This document shows positions 48,020 through 61,180 of a stretch of 64,000 nt of DNA, piece by piece. The DNA comes from Mobula hypostoma. Taxonomy: Eukaryota. The DNA lies in assembly GCF_963921235.1 (NCBI RefSeq), contig NC_086108.1:4836001-4900000 (forward strand), given 5' to 3'. A program made the position numbers and the translations under genes. Each line of letters opens with the position of its first letter. Position 1 is the stretch's first letter. The notes beneath the pieces were generated by a model that was not told where the DNA came from, did not search any database, and worked only from the letters and a program-made list of their open reading frames with translations.

Positions 48020-49368
48020 GTATGTGAGGGAATAAAAATCTTTCCGTTATGACTCTGTCGCAATGTACAGATGCGTGAATTTAAAAGTCTAGTGGCTTGT
48101 AGAAAGAAGTGGTCCAGCAGCCTGTTAGTCCTGGCTCGCTCTAATGCTGCGGTACTGTATGCCAGACGGAAGCAGCTGAAACAGTTTATGGTTGGGATGA
48201 CTGGTGTCCCCGATGACCTTCCTGGCCTTTTTCACGCACCTGCTACTGCAAAAGTCATCAGTGGAGGGGAGTTCACATTCACAGATGCACTGAGCTGTCT
48301 GTACCACTCTCTGCAATGCCCAGCGATCAAGGTTGGTGCAGTTCCCGTACCAGGCGGTGATACAGCAAGTCTGCATGCACTCAGTGGTGTCCTGGTAGAA
48401 GGTCTTGAGGGTTTGGAGGCCTATACTGAACTTCTTTGGTCACCTGAGGCACAAGAGATGCTGTTGTGCTTTTTTAGCCACACAGCTAGTTTGTACAGTC
48501 CAGCCAGGTAAAATCTTCGGTAATGTGTATACTAAGGAACTCGAAACTACTCACCCTCCCAACTGCAGATCCAGTGATGTTGATCAGGCCGAGCCTGTCT
48601 CCATTCCTCCTGTAATCCACAATCAGCTGTTTTGTTTTTTGGACATTGAGGGAGAGGTTGTTATCTTGGCATCATTGTGTCAGGGTGTTAGCCTCTCCTC
48701 TGTAAGCTGTCTTTGTCACCGCTAGAAATAAAGGCCGATCAATGTCGTGTCATCCGCAAATTTGATCAGCAGATTGCAGCTGTGTGTGGCAGCACAATTG
48801 TGGGTGTAAAAGAAACAGAGGAGAGGACTCAGGACACAACCCTGGGGGCAGCTGTGTTGAGGGTCAGAGGGGCAGAAGTGAGGGAGCCCATCCTTACCAC
48901 CTGTCAGTGATCCGATAGGAAATCCAGGATCCAGCTTGCACAAGGCAGGGTGCAGGCCAAGGTCTCTGAGCTTCCTGCCAAGTCTGAATGAAATTATGGT
49001 GTTGAATGCTGAACTGTAGTCCAGGAACAGTATTCTAATGTAAGCATCCCTCTTCTCCAGGTGAGTGAGGATGGTGTGTAGTACTATGGCTATGGCGTCA
49101 TCCGTAGAGTGGTTCCGCCAGTAGGCTAATTGTAGGGGGTCTAGTGTGGGTGGCAGCATGCTGCAGATGTAGTCTTTAACCAGCCTCTCAAAGCATTCGC
49201 TTATAATTGAGGTGAGCCAATCGTTCAGGCATGCCACCTTGGTTTTCTTAGGTACAGGGACAATGATGGACGATTTGAAACAAGAGGGCACTACACACAA
49301 GGAGAGGGAGAGATTAAAAATCACACCAGCCAGTTGTTCTGCACACACTTTGAGAACCCGCCCTGGGA
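48020..49368 (-). mobile_element. Rex1/Babar-like LINE RT region, frameshifted
   Basis: [54 protein letters not shown]. Confidence 0.9.
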
Positions 49369-49379
49369 TGCCATCTTCA

Positions 49380-49740
49380 AAGACCGATGCCTCAAAAAGG
49401 CAGCATCCATCATTACGGACCCCCACCACCCAGGACATGCCCTCTTCTCATTGCTACCATCAGGGAGGAGGTACAGGAACCTGAAGGCACGCATTCAATG
49501 ATTCAGGAACAGTTTCTTCCCCTCTGCCATGAAGGTTCTGAATGGACATTGAACCCATGAACACTATCTCACTACGTTCTTGCACTACTTAATGTAGCTA
49601 TTTTATTTATATATAAATATACTTTCTGTAATTCACAGTTTTTTTCTCTATTATTCTGCTTTGCATCGTACAGTGCCGCAAAAACAACAGATTTCACAAC
49701 ATATGCCGGTGATATTAAACCTGATTCAGATACTGAATCT
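49380..49740 (+). mobile_element. Rex1/Babar-like LINE 3' end
   Basis: Same 3' UTR and (CTGATT) tail as 23040-23640. Confidence 0.8.
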
Positions 49741-50109
49741 GACCACATAGGCTTCCTCTGGGTGCTCTGGTTTCCTCCCACATTCCAAATAATGTGTGGA
49801 TTAGGGTTGGTAAGTTGTGGGCATGCTGTGTTGGTACTGTAAGTGTCAACACTCGTGGGCTGCCCCCAGCACATCCTTGGACTGTGTTGGTCGCTGACCC
49901 AAAATGACATATTTCACTGTGTGCTTCAATATAGATGTTACAAATAAAGTTAATTCAAAAGCTGGCACCTGGAACGGTGAGATGTCAGTCTGGGTCTGAG
50001 TCTGTTCCTGTCTCAGGATGCCTTTCTAGTTTATAAATGTTCTGAGAACCTCCACCACATTATCAGGCCTTCAGGTAACAACCCCTGGGTCACACGTTGC
50101 CTCTGAGGT

Positions 50110-50290
50110 CACATACAAAATGCTGGAGGTTCTCAGCAGGTCAAGCAGTGGAAAGGACCTGATGAAAGGTCTCGGCCTGAAATGTCAACTGTTTATTCCC
50201 CTCCATGGATGCTGCCTGACCTGCTGAGCTCCTCCAGCACTCTGAGTGTATTGCTCTGGACTTCCAGCATCTGCAGAATCCCTTGTGCTT
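50110..50290 (+). mobile_element. Short Penelope pLTR with inverted 5' piece and intact hammerhead core
   Basis: CTGATGA-a-AGG(tctcgg)CCT-GAAA-tgtc at ~50158-50186; 50112-50148 is an inverted copy of the tail. Confidence 0.75.
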
Positions 50291-50639
50291 CTGAACTCAA
50301 CAGTGGGTACCAAATTTCAACCAAGAGTACTGAGGTAAATTCACTAACTTCTGAGTTTCCTAGGTGACACTGCTGCACACTTCATAATCGTGCATTCATG
50401 CCCAGGGAATTCATTTCACATTGCAAATGGCAAAAACAAGAAATCATATTTGCATGATTTAAAATTTAGATTTAGAGCTATATATTATTTACATAACCAT
50501 TGAAAAATACACTGAAAAGCACCGTTTGCGTGAACATTCAACACAACCCAAGGGTGTGCTGGGAACACACAACTCTCAGGAGAACAACATGCTACCAATA
50601 TAAAACAATATGTCAAAAATCAATAATTTTTCAGTGCAC

Positions 50640-50970
50640 ACAACATGCTGATGAAGGGTCTCAGCTTAAAACGTCGACTATTGATTCTCTTCCATAGATG
50701 CTGCCTGAGCTGCTAAGTTCCTCCAGCATTTTGTGTGCGTGTGTGTGTGTATGTCCGATGTGTATTACTTCACCTATCACTGCTAGACTGCACTTCTCCC
50801 TCTTTCCCCCGCACTCTTTTATTCTGGCCTTCCTTTCCAATCCTGATGAAGGATTTCTGTCCGAGACGCCAACTGTTAATTCATTTCCATAGATGCTGCC
50901 TGAGCTGCTGATTTCCTCCAGAATTTTGTGTGTTGCTCTGGATTTCCAGCATGTGCAGAATCTCTTGTGT
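50640..50970 (+). mobile_element. Two tandem Penelope pLTR tails
   Basis: ctgatgaagg..ccatagatgctgcctgagctgct occurs twice (~50648 and ~50843). Confidence 0.75.
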
Positions 50971-51979
50971 TTATAACATTGTAGGTTGTGGTTTGCAGTT
51001 AGAGAAGATCCCCAGTGCTGCATTGATCAGGAGATAAAATAGTTTTAAAACTCCCACTGTCTGCAGACATCCTTTCCTATCATCCACAAGGAGCTGTTCT
51101 GGCTGGGTCCCAAGTTCACATCAAATCGCTGCTCCACCGATCAATGAGTGTCACAGGAAACAACAAACTACTCACGTCAAAGTAGTAGAAAGGGACGCTG
51201 AACTTGAGCCACAAACGTATCTTGTTGAGCTGTATTATGTCTGAATGGTGTAGTAGCCTCTGGCAGGAGCTCTACTCCTTTAAAGTCCATGAACTGTATA
51301 GAACAATGACTCACTTGTGCTCTAGAGGAACACAGCAGACAGTTACTACACTCTGGAAAAAAGTTCTCAAAGCCCCAATAATATAAGGCTGTGTGACCAC
51401 ACAGATCAGTCACAAATACAAACGGGAAAAAAACTGATCATGAAGCAGATGGATTCCTTCTCCTCCTTTACAATTTGGCACATTGAATAAATTACTTCTT
51501 TCAAACACTCGCACAGTACCGCAAGGGACAACACGGTGTAGCCGCCAGCTTCATGTTATTACGATGCTGATGATCGGGTTCAGCTTGGCTGCTGTCCCAA
51601 CCAACCAGGGTGTCAGGTAGCAGTTAATGCAACACTGTACAGTGTAAGTTAGGGGTTCAGTCCCTGACGCAGCCTGTAAGGAGTTTGTATGATCTCCTTG
51701 TGGACACAAGTTTCCCCAGGTATGACAGTTTCCACCCACATTCAAAAGACGTATGGAATAGGGTGAGTAAAATGTGGGCATGCTATGTTGGTACCGGAAG
51801 CCCAGCACAATTCTCGTTGATTTGATTTGAAGCAAATGATACATTTCACTGTATGTTTCAATATCTGTATATTTATAAATTATTTATTAGCATTAATTAT
51901 AATTAAGGATAATTATGGTAAGATTATCTAATAGTTGTTAATGCCCTAAAACACTGGCTTCATACAATATTGTCTGGAG

Positions 51980-52077
51980 CAGGGGTTCCCAACCGTGGGT
52001 CCACGGACCTCTCGGTTAATGGGCGGGGGTGAGGGGGTGGTCTATGGCATTAAAAAGACTTTAGTTTGGGAGCCCTG
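51980..52077. mobile_element. hAT (Charlie-like) MITE
   Basis: CAGGGGTTCCCAA..TTGGGAGCCCTG; 8-bp TSD GTCTGGAG/GTCTAAAG. Confidence 0.75.
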
Positions 52078-52429
52078 GTCTAAAGAGAGGAATCATGACT
52101 TTTATTCATGAATAAAACTGGGCACATTCCACTGTTACCACTTTTAAACTTGGTGTGTTGTGCTTTGGGTGGCAGCCGCATTGCTGAGGAAGGCACGTTG
52201 TTTGGACAACTACTATACCTTGGAAGGGTAGCCATGGGCATGAAAATGGAAGTGTTTCACAAAGCTATTTCACACATGTTCTACAGATGGAATTTCTTTA
52301 TTGACACTGCCATCGGATGCTGGCTGTCATGTTTCTACATGCATTTCTCAGCTTTTTCCATGATAATTTATCAGCCTAGACAGCATTAATATCAACACTT
52401 GCCACGTACTGATTCACTTAGGTATGTAC

Positions 52430-52695
52430 GTATGTATTTAGAGATGCTGCCTTTCCAGCCCAACAAGCCGCACCACTCAGCTCCCCACCAATTTAACCCG
52501 AGCCTAATCACAGGGCAATTTACAATGACCAATTAACCTACTAACCCATATGTCTTTGGAGTGTGGGAGCACCCGGAAGAAACCCATGCACTTAGGGGAA
52601 GAATGTACAAACTCCTTACAGAAGTGATGGAATTGGAGTGTTTCGAAGTTCGGTATTCGAGCTGTAATAGTGTCACGTTAACCATTACGCCACTG
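52430..52695 (-). mobile_element. V-SINE
   Basis: V-domain on the minus strand. Confidence 0.8.
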
Positions 52696-52827
52696 TGGGA
52701 CTCTATGGTTTCCACCGTTCTCCTCTTTGCCCCACCTGATAGTCCAGGTCAACCAATGGCATGTTTGTCATTTACATAAGACTTGTTTGAATGAGAATGT
52801 ACAAAGCATGGCCAGTAAGTGGTTAGG

Positions 52828-53095
52828 GGCCACACGGTAACATAGGGGTTAGTACAACGCTTCAGAGTACAGGTGAACGGGTTCAACTCCCACCACTGCC
52901 TGTAAAAAGCTTGTGCCCGTGACCGCGTGGGTTTCCTCCCACAGTCCAAAGGTGTATCGGTTGGTAGGTTAATTGGTCATTGTAAACTGTCCCGTGATTA
53001 GGCTAGGGTTAAATTGGGGAATCGCTGGGCAGCACGGCTGAGAAGGCCAGAAGAGCCTGTTCCATGCTGAGTCTCAATAAATAAATAAATTAATT
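52828..53095 (+). mobile_element. V-SINE
   Basis: GGTTCAACTCCC, V-domain and (AAAT)n tail. Confidence 0.8.
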
Positions 53096-53540
53096 AATAA
53101 GATGACATAAAATAGTTAGTATTGTAGACACTGAAAAAATTTATCGACCATTACAAGGGGATCTGGATCAGCCGGGTAAGTGGGCTAAGGATCGGAAAAT
53201 GACGTTCAGCTTCAGAATCAGGTTTAATATTACTGGCACATGTAACAAAGTTTGTTGTTTTGCAGCAGCAGTACATTCCAATACTCTATACAAGTTACAA
53301 TATATAATACAGACAGTATATACAGTAGAATGCACACACATATACAGAGATTGTAAATTTTCTCTGTTTTCTTTCAATCTTATTTACATCTTTCCCTTAA
53401 GTAGATGACCAGAGCTGAACACAATGTTCCAAATTAGGCCTCACCAACATCTGATGCAACTTCAACTCAAATCCCAACTCCTGTATTCAATACTTTGATT
53501 CATGAAGGCCAACATGCCTAAAGCTCTCTTTATGACCCTA

Positions 53541-53958
53541 CAGTACTGTGCAAATGTCTTTTGGACACATGTAAAAAAAAATCTGAAAGCATAGATGCTT
53601 TCAAAAATAATGAAATAAAGAGTTTCTAAATATCAGAACATTTAATATATAGGGCAGTAAACAGTAAAAACTGTCAAATCAGTATTTGGTCTGACCACCC
53701 TTTGCCTTTAAAGCTGCATCAATTCCCTCAGGTACACTGTGGTGCAGTTTTATAAGAAAATCATCTGATAGGTTGTCCCAAGCATCTTGGAGAATTTGCT
53801 GCAGTTCTTCTTCAGACTTTGGCTGTTTCACTTGCTTCTGCCTCTCTACATAATCCCAGACAGCTTTGATGATATTGAGATCAGGGCTCTGTGGAGGCCA
53901 GAACATCTGAAACCATATATAAAAAATCTAGGGTGCCTGAGATCTTTGCACAACACTG
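53541..53958 (-). mobile_element. Internally deleted Tc1 transposon with transposase C-terminus
   Basis: ORF 53679-53906 WPPQSPDLNII.AVW..KAKGGQTKY; TIRs CAGTACTGTGCAAA / CAGTGTTGTGCAAA. Confidence 0.88.
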
Positions 53959-54004
53959 CGTATGTAATGAGTTGGCAGAGGCAGGTACTGTAACATCATT
54001 TAAA

Positions 54005-54375
54005 ATACACATCCAAAGCAACACACTCAAAATGCTGGGAGAACTCAGCAGGTCAGACAGCACCTATGGAAATGAATAAACAGTTGATGTTTCAGGACTG
54101 GAAAAAAACAGGTAAGTCAGAGTAAGACGGTGGGAGGACGGGAGGAAGAAGCACAAGATGGCAGGTGATAGGTGAAACTGGGAGGGGGCAAAGGATGAAG
54201 TAAAGAGCTGGGAAGTTGATTGGTGAAAGAAATAAAAGGCTAGAGGAGGGGGAACCTGACTGGAGAAGACAGAAGATCATGGAAGAGAGGGAAGGAGGTG
54301 GGGCACCACAGGGAGGTGATGGGCAGGTAGGAGATAAGGTGAGAGAGGGAAACAGGAATGGGAAATGGTGAATGA
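54005..54375 (-). mobile_element. Penelope-like pLTR with the hammerhead core deleted
   Basis: Same family as 4990-5405. Confidence 0.8.
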
Positions 54376-54404
54376 ATAGGTACATGGATAAGGAAAGTTT
54401 GGAG

Positions 54405-54844
54405 TAGGGGTTCTTAACCTTTTTTTAAGCCATGGACCCCTTCACTGGACTGTCAGTGGACCACTTCTCAGAATAACGTATTTAAATATATCAAATAGGA
54501 TTATAAAACAAACTGATTATATTGAAATAAAGTTATCAAATTTCTGATATAATAATGTGTGCTTCTTAATTAAAGCATTAAATAGCAAGTCGTGACAAGT
54601 TGTAAATAATATTTTGAGATATTTGTAAAACTGTAATGTGATATGAAACTGTCTGTGATTTCTACAGGTACAGCTAATACTACTGTGGTTTGTTGCCGAC
54701 ATTCATCTTTGAAGGAAATATTAAATTTCAGTTGGAGGCTAGCAAAAATGAAGGTGTAATTTTTTTTCCCAACTGAGTTCACAGAACCCCAGAACCTACC
54801 CATGGAGCCCCTGAGGTCAGTAGACCCCTGGTTGAGAACCCTTG
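54405..54844. mobile_element. hAT (Charlie-like) non-autonomous element
   Basis: TAGGGGTTCTTAACC..GGTTGAGAACCCTTG; decayed TSD GTTTGGAG/GTCTAGAA. Confidence 0.7.
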
Positions 54845-55461
54845 GTCTAGAAGAATATGGCCACCCACACACAATTCATATTTGCTCAGATATTCCATCG
54901 CTTGCCCCTCTCCCACTTCCATCTTCCTACCTTATAGTGCAAATGTGATAGCAGGCATTCAGCAGCAGTTCGGCATCCAGAAATATAATAGTTTGCCTTG
55001 GGTGTTTCAGTGACTGGCTGTCTCTGCTGAGTAGGATAACACAGTTTAATATTACCTAGCCTGACAACTATTCCTCCCCCTTAATGAACTGATTAACACT
55101 TGCAATGGAAACAGAAGACCCCGTGTGTCGGAGATTATGAGAAAAACTATTTGCATGCTAAACCTCTCTCCCTGTTGTTACTTCATAAAGCTTCAGCAAG
55201 CCGTAACGGCTGACGGTTCAAATTTCATCCCTACAACCAAGGTTCTAACATCTCAATCGGCAATCAATCCGTCTTTTAACATGCCCAGAGATCTGCTGGC
55301 AAGGTCAATACAAGGAAATGTTTTGCAGTCTCGAAGTCTGCCTGAGCAAATGTATTCACTTTGATTTCAGACTGCTGGAAGAGTACTAGGCTTGCTAGTG
55401 TTACTCTATTAGCACTGATACAACAGCTTTACTTTAGTTATATTATTAGCATTACTAATAA

Positions 55462-55857
55462 CTGGGTGGAGATACACCTCTACCAAAGGAGGTGTAAGGT
55501 GCCCTTTCCCTCCACTACCCTGCCAGGTCACCCTTGAGCAAAGTGTAGAATCTGCTTAGCCACCCCCTCCCTGCCACCCCCCCATGGATCAGGGTCACAT
55601 GAAGCCACGGGAGCAGGTGGTCGATGGTCATATTAGCAGCCAGTGCATATCACAAGTCTTGTTTATGCGACCACTGACACCAGGCAATCTCTGAAGTGTA
55701 CTGATAATGGCTGGGGGGGGGGGGGTCAGGCAGCTTGTAAAGACACTGCCCAGAAGGCAATGGCAAACCACTTCTGTAGAAAAATTAGCCAAGAATAATC
55801 ATGGTCATGGAAAGTCCATGAACACCCATGTCATAGGACACAGCACATAATGATGAT
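55462..55857 (+). mobile_element. ~380-bp SINE-like repeat with RTE/Bov-B-like 3' motif
   Basis: Reverse complement of 7771-8143; GAAGGCAATGGCAAACCACTTC; (ATG)n end. Confidence 0.78.
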
Positions 55858-57294
55858 TACTAATAATCTCATACTCCATAATATAATGTTCTAGCTATAT
55901 TATTGGTATTCATTATATTAATATTATACTAGCATAATCTATTAGCTCCATTACTACTCTACTAAAGTAGAGTAAATTTATTCTCGAAGTTCATATTTGC
56001 CACCATATACAGCCCTAACATTCACTTTCCTGCGAGTGTACTCAGTTAATCCAAGAAACATAACAGAATCACTGAGAGACCACACCCAAAGGAACAGACA
56101 AACAACCAATGTGCAAAGGGAACAGACTGTACAAATCCAATAAAAGAAAAAATAATATTAAATAAATAAGCAATAACAATTGAGAACATGAGATGAAGAG
56201 TCCTTGAATGAGAGTCTGTATTTTGCTAGCACTAAAGGGTGGGATATCTAGCTTTGAAGAGACATTGAGATAGGCACATGAATGTGAGGAAAATGAAAGG
56301 ATATGGACATTGTGTCGGCATAAGGGATTAGTTCAGGTGGCCTTTTGATTTTAATTTAATTGGTTCAGCACAACATTGTGGGCCAAAGAGCCAGTTCCTG
56401 TGCTGTACTGTACTGGACTGTTCTATGTTCCAGCACTAGTATTAATCTATTACTCCGGGATTACTAGAAACAGTAGATTTTGCAGCCTAGGTGTCTGCCT
56501 GCACAAATTCATTTACTTTGATTTCTGAGTGTAACACGTTTTTCATCTGATGAACTATAGTACCCTGGCACTTCTAGAAACCCTGTTAATGAAGAGCAAG
56601 TTGTTCATCTGTGCAATGACTGGAGCTGAACAAGTCAAAGTTGGTGAAGAAGGTGCTTGCTGTTACCAGGAAGATGGTATAGAAGCCTCAGAAGGTTCAG
56701 GCACAGTTATTACCCCTCAATCATCAGCTCTTCAACTTCACTCGGCTTCACTGAACTGTTCTCACAACCAATGGATTCACTTTCAAGGACTTTTCATCTC
56801 ATGTTCTCGAAATCTATGTGCTTACGTTGCTTTGTGCAGTTTGTTGTCTCTTGCCCGGTAGTGGTGTGCTCTTTCACTGACCCTATTATACTTCTCAGAT
56901 TTTCTGAGCATGCCCACAAGGAAATGAATCTCAGGTTGTATATAGTGACAGAATTAGAATCAGAATCAGGTTTAATATCAATATCACAGGCATATGCTGT
57001 GAAATTTGTTGTCTTTATGGGCAGCAGTATAATGCAGTACATAATAATAGAGAAACAACTGCAAATTACAGTATACTAAGGGCATGATCTGGGTGGTGGG
57101 GGTCCTTAATGATGGAAGCCACCTTTTTGAAGACGTCCTGGATACTACGGAAGTTAGTGGCCATGATGGAGCTGACTGAGTTGACAACTCCCTGCAATAT
57201 ATACTTGGATAATAAATTTATTTTGAACTTTAGGCTTGTTCATTATGTGGGGGAAGGGAGTGTGAGGGGTGTTGTCTGGTGATGGAGAATATGA

Positions 57295-57880
57295 TTCAAC
57301 TAAGTACATTCCAACTGTTGGGATGTTATGTTGAAGTTATATAAGAAGTTGGTGATGCTTAATTTGGAGAATTGTGTGCAGTTATGGTCACTTATTACAG
57401 GAAGAATATCAATAAGACTGAAAGAGTACAGAGGAAATTGACAACAATGTTGCCGGGTCTGGAGGACCTGATTATAGGTAAAGATTGAATGGGTTATGAC
57501 TTTATTCCCTGGGGCACAGCGGTTTGAGGAAAGACTGGATAGAGGTATACAAAATTTTGAGGGGTATACATAGGGTAAATGCAAGCAGGCTTTTTCCACT
57601 GAGGTTGCGTGAAACTAGGTCATGAGTTAAAGGTGAAAGGTGAAATGTTGAGGGGGAACAAGAGGGGTAACTTCTTCACTTAGAAGCACATGGGAGTATC
57701 GAACAAGCTCTTTGTGCAAGTGGTGGATGCAGGTTTGATTTCAACATTTAAGGGAAGTTTGGATAGGTACATGGACGTGAGTGGTGCGGAGGGCTATGGT
57801 TCTGGTTGAGGTGGATGGGACGAGGTAGAATAACAGTTCAGCATAGAATAAATGTTTCTGTGCTGTAGTGTTCTATGACT
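57295..57880 (+). mobile_element. CR1 LINE 3' fragment
   Basis: Same family as 25635-26320. Confidence 0.8.
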
Positions 57881-59249
57881 TGTGATGATATCTAGAACAC
57901 TCCCAAACCCATCTTTCTGGCTATGATGAATCTGAAATTTAAATTAAGTCACACACACACACGCGCGCACAAAGTAGTGGAGGAAATCAGCAGGTTAGGC
58001 AGCATCTAGGAAGGGTAATAAACAGTTGGTGTTTCAGGCTGGACCCTTCATCAAGACCAGATTGATGTTCTTGGAGGTTGGTAGGGTTAAATGGAGAAGG
58101 CAGGAGAAAGAGGCTGAGAGGGAAAATAAATCAGCCATGATTAAATGGTAGAGCAGACTTGATGGGCTGAATGGCCTAATTCTGCTCCTATGCCTTAATG
58201 GTCTTAACACTTAATTCCTGTGATGAGAGACGTAGGCAAGGATGATTTGTACCTAAGTGCTGGAGTCGAGATAAGATACAAGATTGAAACGAGGACAGAT
58301 TTCAAAACCAGATGCTAGATGAGAATCCAAAATAAAGCTGACAACTGAGCCCAGAACCTCAGCTCAGGTGCTCAAAAATATTAAAATCCTGGTGCCAAAA
58401 CATTGCCATCAATTAGTGGGGCGGGCCTGAATCTTTACAGGGGCTGCACCAGCTAGCCAGAATCTCCAAACCCTGGCAGCTGGTGCGGTGGGTGGGTATC
58501 GTAACAATTCCATTTTAATCTTAGATGTCATTAGTGGAAGGATTTTTCTGAAGTCCTGACACACTTTGTAAGCCTGCCGGGCTGAGAGTGTGAAGGATCC
58601 AAGTTGCAGAAGATAATTCAGTGCCTAGAATTCCTTACTCAAGCACTTCAGCATGACATACAACATGAGGACACGCCCCACTTGTAAATCTCGCTGATTC
58701 ATTAATTAATCTTGTGGTAGAGCAGCAAAGAGCAGTGACAGGTTAGTCTTTGCTGATAGATGATCAATAATAGGAAATGAGAACCTGTGGGTCACAGATT
58801 AAATTATCATCCCAATCCGTATTTTCCCAAGTAGACTTCAGTCTCTTCTTTAAGCCATCACTCTTGTACTGTCTCTAAGAGGTTGATAACTATGACAAAA
58901 TCACCAACAGATTATGGTGATTACTTAGTTCTGGAGTGGTTGCTAGCTGTCAAAATATGAACCTTCCAGAGCAACACACAAACAAATAATGTAGGAGGAT
59001 TAGGCAGCATCCAAGAAGAGGAATGAACAGACGACCTTTCGGGTCAATTCTGCAGTTTCTTGCTGTCTTGGGGAGAGCAGTTGCCGTTCCAAACATCTGG
59101 ATAGGATGCTTTCCATGGTGCATCGATAAAAATTGGTCAGGATCAAATGAGACATGGCAAATTAATTTTCCCTCCTGAGGAAGGTGCGTTTTTATGGCTG
59201 TGGTCGTCTACACAGGAACTACAAGGAATAGTCACCCAAAGGCAGCAGG

Positions 59250-59960
59250 AGTTACATAAGTGAGTGACTGTCAGGGAAGGGATGGGCAGAGCTCAGATAG
59301 TAGAGAGCACCCCTGTGGCCATCCCCCTCAGTAATCGTTATCTCGTTTTGGATGCTGTTGAAGGGGGTGACCTGACAGAGGACAACCACGGTGACTGGGT
59401 CTCTGGCACTTAGCCTGGTTCCGTGGTGCAGAAGGGAGAGAAGAAGATGAGGAATACGGTAGTCATAGGGGATTTCATAGTGAGGGGAACAGACAGGAGG
59501 TTCTGGCAACCTAATAGAGATACCAGCATGGTATGTTGCTTCCCAGGTGCCAGGGTACAAGATGTCTCGGATTGGGTGCAGAATATTCTGAAGGGAGGGG
59601 GTGAACAGCCAGAAGTCTTGGTACATGTTGGTACCAATGACATAGGTAGAAAAAGGGAGGAGGTCCTGAAGAGAGAATTCAGGGAGTTGGGTAGGAAGCT
59701 GAAAAGCAGGAGCTCCAGGGTAGTAATCTCAGGATTGCTGCCTGTGCCACGTGTTAACGAGTGCAAGAATAACATGATCAGGCATATTAATGGCAGGCTG
59801 AGACTGGTGTAGGGGGCAGGGCTTTGGGTTGCTGGATCATTGGGGCCTCTTCTGGGGGAGGTACAACCTGTACAAAAATGACGGGTTACACCTGAACCCA
59901 AAGGGGTCCAATATCCTAGCAGGTAGGTTTAATAGACCTGATAAGGGGGGTTCAAACTAA
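59250..59960 (+). pseudogene. CR1 ORF1, SGNH/GDSL esterase-like domain
   Basis: VVIGDFIVRG (block I), CFPGARV, HVGTND (block III), DGLHLN near 59880 (block V, after a frameshift). Confidence 0.9.
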
Positions 59961-60079
59961 GTTGGCAGTGGGTTGGGAACTGGATTGATAGGGCTGAGGA
60001 AGGGAAAAACAGAAATAAATCAAAGATAGCGCGCAACAGAGATGATAGAAAGGACAGGCAGGAGATGAGGCATAATCAC

Positions 60080-61180
60080 AGCCAATTCCGCTACAGATTG
60101 GCAAGTATGACGTTGTGGCCGTCTTTGAAACTTGGCTGCCATTGGGAGTTGAGCGTCCAAGGATATACAGTGCATTGGAAAGATAGGTTAGTAGGCAGAG
60201 GGGGTGGTGTGGCTCTGTGTATAAGAATTAATATTAAATCATTGGAAAGACATGTCATAGGATCGGAAGGTGTAGAGTCTCTATGGGTTGAGTCAAGAAA
60301 CGGCAAGGGTAAAAGTTAGATATGGCCCTTGTGGCTAAAGGGATCAGGGGGTATGGAGAGAAGGCAGGTACAGGGTTCTGAATTGGATGATCAGCCATGA
60401 TCATACTGAATGGCGGTGCAGGCTTGAAGGGCTGAATGGCCTACTCCTGCACCTATTTTCTATGTTTCTATGTTTCTAATAGCAGTTGTATACAGGCCTC
60501 CAAACAGCAGCCGGGATGTGGAGTACAAATTACAGCAGGAGATAGAAAAGGCGTGTCAGAAGGGCAATGTCATGATAACCATTGGGGATTTTAACATGAA
60601 AGTGGATTGGGAAATCCAGGCCAGTACTGGACCTCAAGAGAGATAATTTGTAGAATGTCTAAGGGATGGCTTTTTTAGAACAGTTTGTTGTTCAGCCCAG
60701 GGGATCAACTGTGCTGGACTGGATGTTGTGCAATGATCCGGAGGTGATGAGAGAGCTTAAGGTTAAGGAACCCTTCGGGAACAGTGATCACAATATGATC
60801 GAGTTCACTTTGAAATTTGAGAAGGAGGAACTAAATTCCAATGTGTTGTTATTTCAGTGGTGAAATAAAGGAAACTACAAAGGCATGAGAGGGGAACTGG
60901 CCAAGGTTGACTGGAAAGGGACACCAGCAGGAAGGACAGCAGAGCAGCAATGGCTGGAGTTTCTGTGAAAAATGAGGGAATTGCAAGACAGATATGTTCC
61001 AAATAAGAAGAAATTTTCGAGTGGAAAAAGGACACTATCGTGGCTGACAAGTGAAGTCAGAGCCAAAGTAAAAGCAAAAGAGAGGGCATACAAGGAAGCC
61101 AAAGCTAGTGGGAAGACAGAGGACTGGGAAGCTTTTAAAAACTTGCAGAAGGAAACTAAGAAGGTCATTAGGAAGGAATA
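60080..61180 (+). pseudogene. CR1 ORF2 APE endonuclease remnant, with a nested CR1 3' tail at ~60315-60477
   Basis: GY..RGGGVAL..ESLWV; YRPP; GDFN; LDWMLCN; SDHNMIEF. Confidence 0.85.

Noticed and set aside
48020..49740. Twin-priming inversion of one LINE
   Set aside because: Both oppositely oriented pieces carry their own, different 3' ends, so they are separate insertions
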